From Cyanophora paradoxa CCMP329 (taxonomy: Eukaryota; Plantae; Glaucophyta): 50,032 bases of DNA. The stretch's first letter is position 1. Each line of letters opens with the position of its first letter. Of this stretch, positions 44,454 through 50,032 are shown piece after piece. The DNA lies in the NCBI GenBank assembly GCA_004431415.1, contig QPMI01000001.1, positions 1-50,032 of the forward strand, read 5' to 3'. The translations under genes and the position numbers were made by a program. The notes beneath the pieces were generated by a model that saw nothing but the letters and a program-made list of their open reading frames with translations, was not told the DNA's origin and searched no databases.

Positions 44454-45754
44454 ATGAAAATTGCTGTAGTAGGTACCGGTTATGTTGGCTTAGTAACGGG
44501 TACTTGTTTTTCTGAAACAGGTAATAAAGTAACTTGTATAGATATTGATCAATCAAAAGTTACTAAACTCTCTAATGGAGAAATAACCATTTATGAACCC
44601 GGTTTAGAAAAGATTTTTTTAAGAAATTTGAAAGAAGGGCGCTTACAATTCACTACCAATTTGGCAGAAGGGGTAAAAGATGCTGAAATTATTTTCCTGG
44701 CTTTGCCCACACCTCCGGGAGAGGGTGGTGCTGCGGATTTAAAATATGTATTGGGTGTTGCCAAAGATTTGGGTCAGATTCTTACAGATTATAAAGTAAT
44801 TGTAGATAAAAGTACCGTACCGGTTGGCACTGCTGAAAAAGTACATGCCGCTATAGCTGCCAATTTTAAAGGGAGTTCGACGTTGTGAGTAATCCGGAGT
44901 TTTTAAGAGAGGGTGTGGCTGTAGATGATTTTATGAAACCTGATAGGGTGGTAGTAGGTACTCGTTCCGAAAGAGCCAAAAAAGTGATGTCAGATTTATA
45001 TGCGCCTTTTGTTCGTCAGGGTAACCCGGTGATATTCATGGATGAAAAATCGGCCGAATTAACGAAATATGCGGCTAACTCTTTTCTTGCAACAAAGATT
45101 TCATTCATGAACGAAATTGCTCAACTATGTGAGAGATTGGGTGCCGATGTTGATATGGTTCGTAGAGGTATTGGTAGTGATGACCGAATTGGTAAGCGCT
45201 TCTTATTTCCCGGTATCGGTTATGGCGGAAGCTGTTTCCCTAAAGATGTTCAGGCCTTGATTATGTCGGCAGAAGAAGTGAATTATGAATTTAAAATTTT
45301 GAAAGCAGTAGAAGATGTAAATGAAAAACAAAAATTACATCTGATACCAAAGATTGAAAAATATTTTGCCGGTAACTTAAAGGGAAAGCATTTTGCTTTA
45401 TGGGGATTAGCTTTTAAACCGAATACAGATGATATAAGAGAAGCTCCGGCTTTGTATGTGATAGATGCCTTAGTAGCTGCCGGTGCTACGGTTACCGCTT
45501 TCGACCCCGAAGCCATGCCTAATGTAGAACGTGCTATTGGCAGTAAAATAAAATATGCTAAGAATCAATATGAAGCCTTGGAAGGTGCTGATGCATTAAT
45601 CATTGCAACAGAATGGAGCGAGTTCCGTACGCCCGATTTCGATCGTATCAATGAAGTGTTGAAGCAAAAAGTGATTTTCGATGGCAGAAATTTATTTGAT
45701 GTAAAATTCATTACCGATATGGGCTATCATTACGAAAGTATTGGTCGCAATTAA
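44454..45754 (+). CDS. ugd: UDP-glucose 6-dehydrogenase (one apparent -1 frameshift at G-run 44871-44873)
   Basis: [33 protein letters not shown]; adding one G restores [12 protein letters not shown]. Confidence 0.93.
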
Positions 45755-45764
45755 ACTCAATCTT

Positions 45765-46748
45765 ATGGCAAAAAAACGTGTTTTAATTACCGGTGCTGCC
45801 GGATTTCTAGGGTCTCATCTTTGTGATCGTTTTTTGAAAGAAGGATTCGATGTAGTTGGCATGGATAACCTTATCACAGGAGATCTTCGCAATATCGAGC
45901 ACCTTTTTAAAAGAGATGATTTTGAATTTTATCATCACGATGTATCTAAGTTTATTCATGTACCCGGACATTTAGATTATATCATGCATTTTGCTTCCCC
46001 GGCAAGTCCTATCGATTATTTAAAGATCCCTATTCAAACGTTAAAAGTTGGGGCTTTAGGAACGCATAATTGTTTAGGGCTAGCAAAAGAAAAGAAGGCA
46101 CGTATGCTAGTTGCTTCTACCAGTGAGGTATATGGGGATCCGATGGTGCACCCGCAAACAGAAGAATATTGGGGTAATGTAAATCCTGTTGGTCCGCGTG
46201 GTGTATATGATGAGGCGAAGCGTTTTATGGAATCTATTACACGTGCTTACTATACTTTTCATGGAGTTGAAACAAGAATTGTACGAATATTCAATACCTA
46301 CGGTCCTCGTATGCGCCTTAATGATGGTAGAGCATTACCTGCTTTTATCGGACAGGCACTACGCGGTGAAGATCTTACTGTATTTGGTGATGGTAGCCAA
46401 ACCCGGTCTTTCTGTTATGTAGATGACTTGATCGAAGGCATATATCGCTTATTGTTAAGCGATTATACAATGCCGGTAAACATCGGTAACCCGAATGAAA
46501 TAACGCTAAAAGATTTTGCTGAAGAAGTATTGAAATTAACCGGCTCTTCTGTAAAAATCATTTACAAACCACTACCGGTAGATGATCCGAAACAACGCAG
46601 ACCGGATATTACCAAGGCCAAAGAAATATTGGGTTGGGAACCCAAGATAGATAGGGCAGAAGGATTGAAAAAGACATATGAATATTTCAAATCTTTGCCC
46701 AAAGAAGAATGGAGTAAACAGCCTAAAGAATTTAATTCGAATCAATAA
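45765..46748 (+). CDS. UDP-glucuronic acid decarboxylase / UDP-xylose synthase-like SDR
   Basis: [43 protein letters not shown]. Confidence 0.92.
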   Translation: MAKKRVLITGAAGFLGSHLCDRFLKEGFDVVGMDNLITGDLRNIEHLFKRDDFEFYHHDVSKFIHVPGHLDYIMHFASPASPIDYLKIPIQTLKVGALGTHNCLGLAKEKKARMLVASTSEVYGDPMVHPQTEEYWGNVNPVGPRGVYDEAKRFMESITRAYYTFHGVETRIVRIFNTYGPRMRLNDGRALPAFIGQALRGEDLTVFGDGSQTRSFCYVDDLIEGIYRLLLSDYTMPVNIGNPNEITLKDFAEEVLKLTGSSVKIIYKPLPVDDPKQRRPDITKAKEILGWEPKIDRAEGLKKTYEYFKSLPKEEWSKQPKEFNSNQ

Positions 46749-46751
46749 TTT

Positions 46752-47639
46752 ATGAAGCCACTTGTTGTAGTCACCGGCGTAAACGGACAGTTGGGGTGGG
46801 AATTGCAGCAGTTGGCTCCTGCAATTAATTCTTTTGATTTTCTTTTTACGAACAGAGACCTGCTCGATTTGGAAGATTTAGATTCGATTCCATTTTTTTT
46901 CGAAAAGTATAAGCCTAGTTATTTTATTAATTGTGCTGCTTATACCGCTGTTGATAAAGCAGAAACCGAAAAAGCTAGGGCATTCCATATTAATGCACTG
47001 AGTGTGAGTGAGATAGCAAAACAATGCGCTTTATTGGATATCCCATTTATTACTATTTCTACAGATTATGTATTTAATGGTAATGGAGCTGATGGTAACT
47101 CCCAATCCCCTTATGTACCAGATTCTACCATAGATCCAATTAATTATTATGGTTACTCAAAAGCAGAGGGCGAATCTTTTGCGAGAAAAAATCATACAAA
47201 AACAATCATAGTTCGTACATCTTGGGTGTATAGTAGTCATGGTAATAATTTCGTAAAAACCATGTTACGGTTAATGAAACAAAGGTCGGAAATTAGTGTG
47301 GTTGCCGATCAGTTTGGCTCACCTACTTATGCAGGGGATCTAGCCAGCGCCTTGCTAGAAATGGTTGCGGCATTAGAAGCGGGTAATACTCATTATGGCA
47401 CCTATCATTATAGTAATACTGGTATTATTAGCTGGTATGAGTTTGCGGAAGCCATTAGAGCAGAGGCAAAGCTGCCATGTATTATAAAACCAATTTCCAC
47501 AAATGAATACCCTACCCCGGCCAAACGCCCTGCCTATTCTGCCATGGACTCTTCCGCAATCAGTACTGATTTTAATATTCAATTGCACGATTGGAAAGAA
47601 AGCCTGAAAAAATGTCTGCTGAATAATACGATATTATAA
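46752..47639 (+). CDS. rfbD: dTDP-4-dehydrorhamnose reductase
   Basis: GVNGQLG, NCAAYTAVDKAE, ISTDYVF, YGYSKAEGE, RTSWVY, YPTPAKRP. Confidence 0.95.
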   Translation: MKPLVVVTGVNGQLGWELQQLAPAINSFDFLFTNRDLLDLEDLDSIPFFFEKYKPSYFINCAAYTAVDKAETEKARAFHINALSVSEIAKQCALLDIPFITISTDYVFNGNGADGNSQSPYVPDSTIDPINYYGYSKAEGESFARKNHTKTIIVRTSWVYSSHGNNFVKTMLRLMKQRSEISVVADQFGSPTYAGDLASALLEMVAALEAGNTHYGTYHYSNTGIISWYEFAEAIRAEAKLPCIIKPISTNEYPTPAKRPAYSAMDSSAISTDFNIQLHDWKESLKKCLLNNTIL

Positions 47640-47681
47640 CTAATCTTTTTATTCTTAATTTTCGTATTTAAGTTTAGCGCA

Positions 47682-48723
47682 ATGATTACAGGTATACAAC
47701 AGATAGGCATTGGAGTTCAGGATGCTTATAAAGCAAGTTTGCTTTATAGGGATGATTTTGGCATGGAAGTGAAAATTTTTGATGATAAAGCCTCTGCTCG
47801 TTTAATGACGAGATATACCGGTAATGAAATACATGATCGTCATGCTATTCTTTCACTAAACATGGCCGGTGGTGGGGCTTTGAAATATGGCAGTATATCA
47901 GTCGGCAACCTATTTTACAGCCTCAAGACATTCACCCGGGAGATACAGGAATTTTTGCCGTTAAAATCAAAAGTCGAAATATCAAGGAAGCTTATCAATA
48001 TTTTGAGAAGAGAGATTGCTTATCCTTATCAACATTATATCGAACTCCGGATAACCGATATCAGTTTTGGGTAAAAGATCAGTTGAATAATTGGTTTACT
48101 ATAACAGAAACAACTAACTGGTTTAAGAAAAAACAAACACATTGTGGTGGAGTATTGGGTGCTGTTATCGGTGTTACTAATATGGAAAAATCACTTCACT
48201 TTTACAAGGAAATACTTGGTGTTAGTGAGGAAGTGTATAACATAAATGACTTTGCAAATGATATACCCGGATTATTGCCGGATCAGAAATGTCACCGTGT
48301 TTTATTAAGGAAAAAAGCCGGTAATATCGGTGCTTTTAGTGAGTTATTGGGGGATATAGAAATAGAATTGATACAAGTGCACAGCCATCAGAGCAAACAT
48401 ATTTTTGCAAACCGCTATTGGGGCGATTGTGGTTTTATTCACCTTTGCTTTGATGTTCATGATATGGAGCTTTTGAAAAGAAAGGCAGAAGCGGGGGATA
48501 TGCATTTACAGTTGATAGTAAAGAATCCTTTGACATGGAAGATGCAGCAGGTCGTTTTTGCTATGTAGAAGATCCTGATGGAACATTGATTGAATTGGTT
48601 GAAACGCATAAAGTACCAATCCTAAAAAAATATGGCTTATTCCTCAATCTTAAAAACAGAAAGAAGAACACTCCCTTGCCTGCATGGATGATTAATCTGT
48701 TAGGCTTAAGTAAAATAAAATAG
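47682..48723 (+). CDS. Two-domain VOC/glyoxalase family protein (two apparent -1 frameshifts in G-runs near 47875 and 48495)
   Basis: GIQQIGIGV...; restoring G's gives GGFEIWQY and GYAFTVDS...FCYVEDPDGTLIELVE, joining three ORF-track pieces. Confidence 0.85.
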
Positions 48724-48747
48724 TCTTTTCTACGACAGTAATCTTAC

Positions 48748-49695
48748 TTACTTTTCTATTTGTTCTGTTAATGGTTCAAGTGTTTCAGGATGTAGGTTTT
48801 TTATAAAAAATAAATCGCAGTATCTGCAAATATTTTGGAGTACTTCGGTATCTTTTATGGCTTGCGCCTCAGTAATACCGATATGTTCACCCATTTTTAA
48901 TGGGTTACCTGTATTTAGTACCTGAAATACTTTATTCTTAGAAATGCGAAGTAATACATCTGCTAATTTTTCTTTTCTCATATCACCTAATGGGAATTTA
49001 GTTCCGGGACAACAGGGGTTTAAAGCCCAGAGTTGGATGCTTACTTCCTGTATCACGTCGGTATAACCTCCTAAAAAATTTCTTGCACCGGATTGTATGG
49101 CACAAAAATTATGGGAAGGATCTTTCATCCAAATATCATTCTCCATAGCTCTACCTCTCGCCCAATTACCCCCAAGCCACATTTCTTCGTTAGCGCCAAA
49201 ATAGGAGTAGGTTCTCCAAGATGGATCGATCTCATTTTTCTTTTTACCTATTGTCATATATGGCATCGCATCTATCATGCCTCTCGAGTCAAATAATTTT
49301 TTAAGGCTGTCTAATTTTGCACCCGCATGTTTATGAAAACGATCAAGGCTGGCAATACTGATTCCTTTCACTCCTTTTTCCAGTAAAGTGTCTAGGATTT
49401 TTTCTGTCATTAAATCACCATTGGTTTGTAAGGTAATTTTTTGTTCTGCACCATACTTTTCTCTTAGTGTATCTAAAATGAGATAGAGTTGTTTTTTTTC
49501 TGCTAGAGGTTCTCCGCCACTTAAAATTATTTTATCAATCTTATCAGGTAAGTTGCTAATGATACTCAAGCATTCCGCATCTGTCATACGGGTACCCTGC
49601 GGGCCACTACTATTATAGCAATGAGCACACTTATCGTTACATAATTGGGTAAATACCCAATAAATAGTTTCGCAATGATTAAAATCTGTTTTCAT
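48748..49695 (-). CDS. Radical SAM protein with C-terminal Cys-rich (SPASM/twitch-like) region
   Basis: CNDKCAHC (CxxxCxxC), SGGEPL, QTNG; later C, CC and CxxC residues. Confidence 0.88.
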   Translation of the reverse strand: MKTDFNHCETIYWVFTQLCNDKCAHCYNSSGPQGTRMTDAECLSIISNLPDKIDKIILSGGEPLAEKKQLYLILDTLREKYGAEQKITLQTNGDLMTEKILDTLLEKGVKGISIASLDRFHKHAGAKLDSLKKLFDSRGMIDAMPYMTIGKKKNEIDPSWRTYSYFGANEEMWLGGNWARGRAMENDIWMKDPSHNFCAIQSGARNFLGGYTDVIQEVSIQLWALNPCCPGTKFPLGDMRKEKLADVLLRISKNKVFQVLNTGNPLKMGEHIGITEAQAIKDTEVLQNICRYCDLFFIKNLHPETLEPLTEQIEK

Positions 49696-49705
49696 TGATT
49701 TTGAT

Positions 49706-50032
49706 TTATATATTATTCCAAAATGAAATTTCTTTTTTGGCGCCCGTTATTTCATCATTCATAAAATCTTGTTTGCTATCATAAACCTTTAATTTACCAT
49801 CTTGCAGGTACGTCATTCTATCGCCCATAAGCAGTGCTTCTTTTATATCGTGTGTCACAAATAAAGCTGTGATATGAAAGTCTATGGCTACTTTTTTGTA
49901 CAAGTCCTGCATCTGACTTCTGGTTTCTGTATCTAAATTGCTGAATGGTTCATCCAGTAAAATCAAAGGTGGATTAATGATGAGCGCTCTTCCAAATGCA
50001 ACTCTTTGTTTTTGCCCTCCTGATATTTGATG
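49706..50032 (-). CDS. ABC transporter ATP-binding protein (5'-truncated by the window edge)
   Basis: ISGGQKQRVAFGRAL...ILLDEPFSNLD...FVTHD. Confidence 0.92.
   Translation of the reverse strand, partial: HQISGGQKQRVAFGRALIINPPLILLDEPFSNLDTETRSQMQDLYKKVAIDFHITALFVTHDIKEALLMGDRMTYLQDGKLKVYDSKQDFMNDEITGAKKEISFWNNI

Larger units (their letters stand above)
39166..50032. other. AT-rich Bacteroidota (Chitinophagaceae-like) chromosomal segment
   Basis: Intronless, densely packed genes, roughly 35-38% GC by eye, TAnnTTTG promoter boxes, and a Bacteroidota-type short AMP nucleosidase. Confidence 0.93.

Noticed and set aside
44454-48723. ugd and VOC genes as pseudogenes or programmed frameshifts
   Set aside because: All three breaks are single-base losses in short G-runs with otherwise intact proteins, which is typical of long-read homopolymer error.

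Overview
The window has two unrelated halves joined abruptly at about 39,165. Bases 1 to ~39,165 are very GC-rich (roughly 75-80% by eye) eukaryotic nuclear DNA from a protist or alga; a glaucophyte-like source is only a guess. Its genes are split by dense 50-80 nt spliceosomal introns with CTGAC/CTCAC/CTGAG branch sites and very frequent GC-AG ends, so most ORF-track entries there are shadow ORFs. Manual splicing gives a coiled-coil protein, a multi-TM protein resembling adenylyl-cyclase membrane anchors, a hypothetical protein, tRNA-Gly(CCC), two paralogous mini-ORFs, a GT2 glycosyltransferase-nucleotidyltransferase fusion, a bacterial-type patatin phospholipase, an IQ-motif low-complexity protein, a soluble adenylyl cyclase-STAND NTPase, a decayed receiver-domain copy, an M41-peptidase-like fragment and a GAF hybrid histidine kinase. 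Bases ~39,165 to 50,032 are AT-rich Bacteroidota (Chitinophagaceae-like) housekeeping and polysaccharide genes (amn, ccmB, tdk, waaA, DegT family, ugd, UDP-GlcA decarboxylase, rfbD, VOC, radical SAM, ABC ATPase). The junction cuts a bacterial gene and probably the kinase, so a chimeric read or contig is most likely. Single-base losses in homopolymer runs point to long-read errors. The most novel observations are (i) a recurrent XYZ to XYZ-rc(XYZ)-XYZ 6-bp palindromic insertion signature seen in paralog and repeat comparisons, (ii) the GT2-NTase fusion next to a patatin gene, and (iii) dominant GC-AG introns with discordant intron positions between paralogs.
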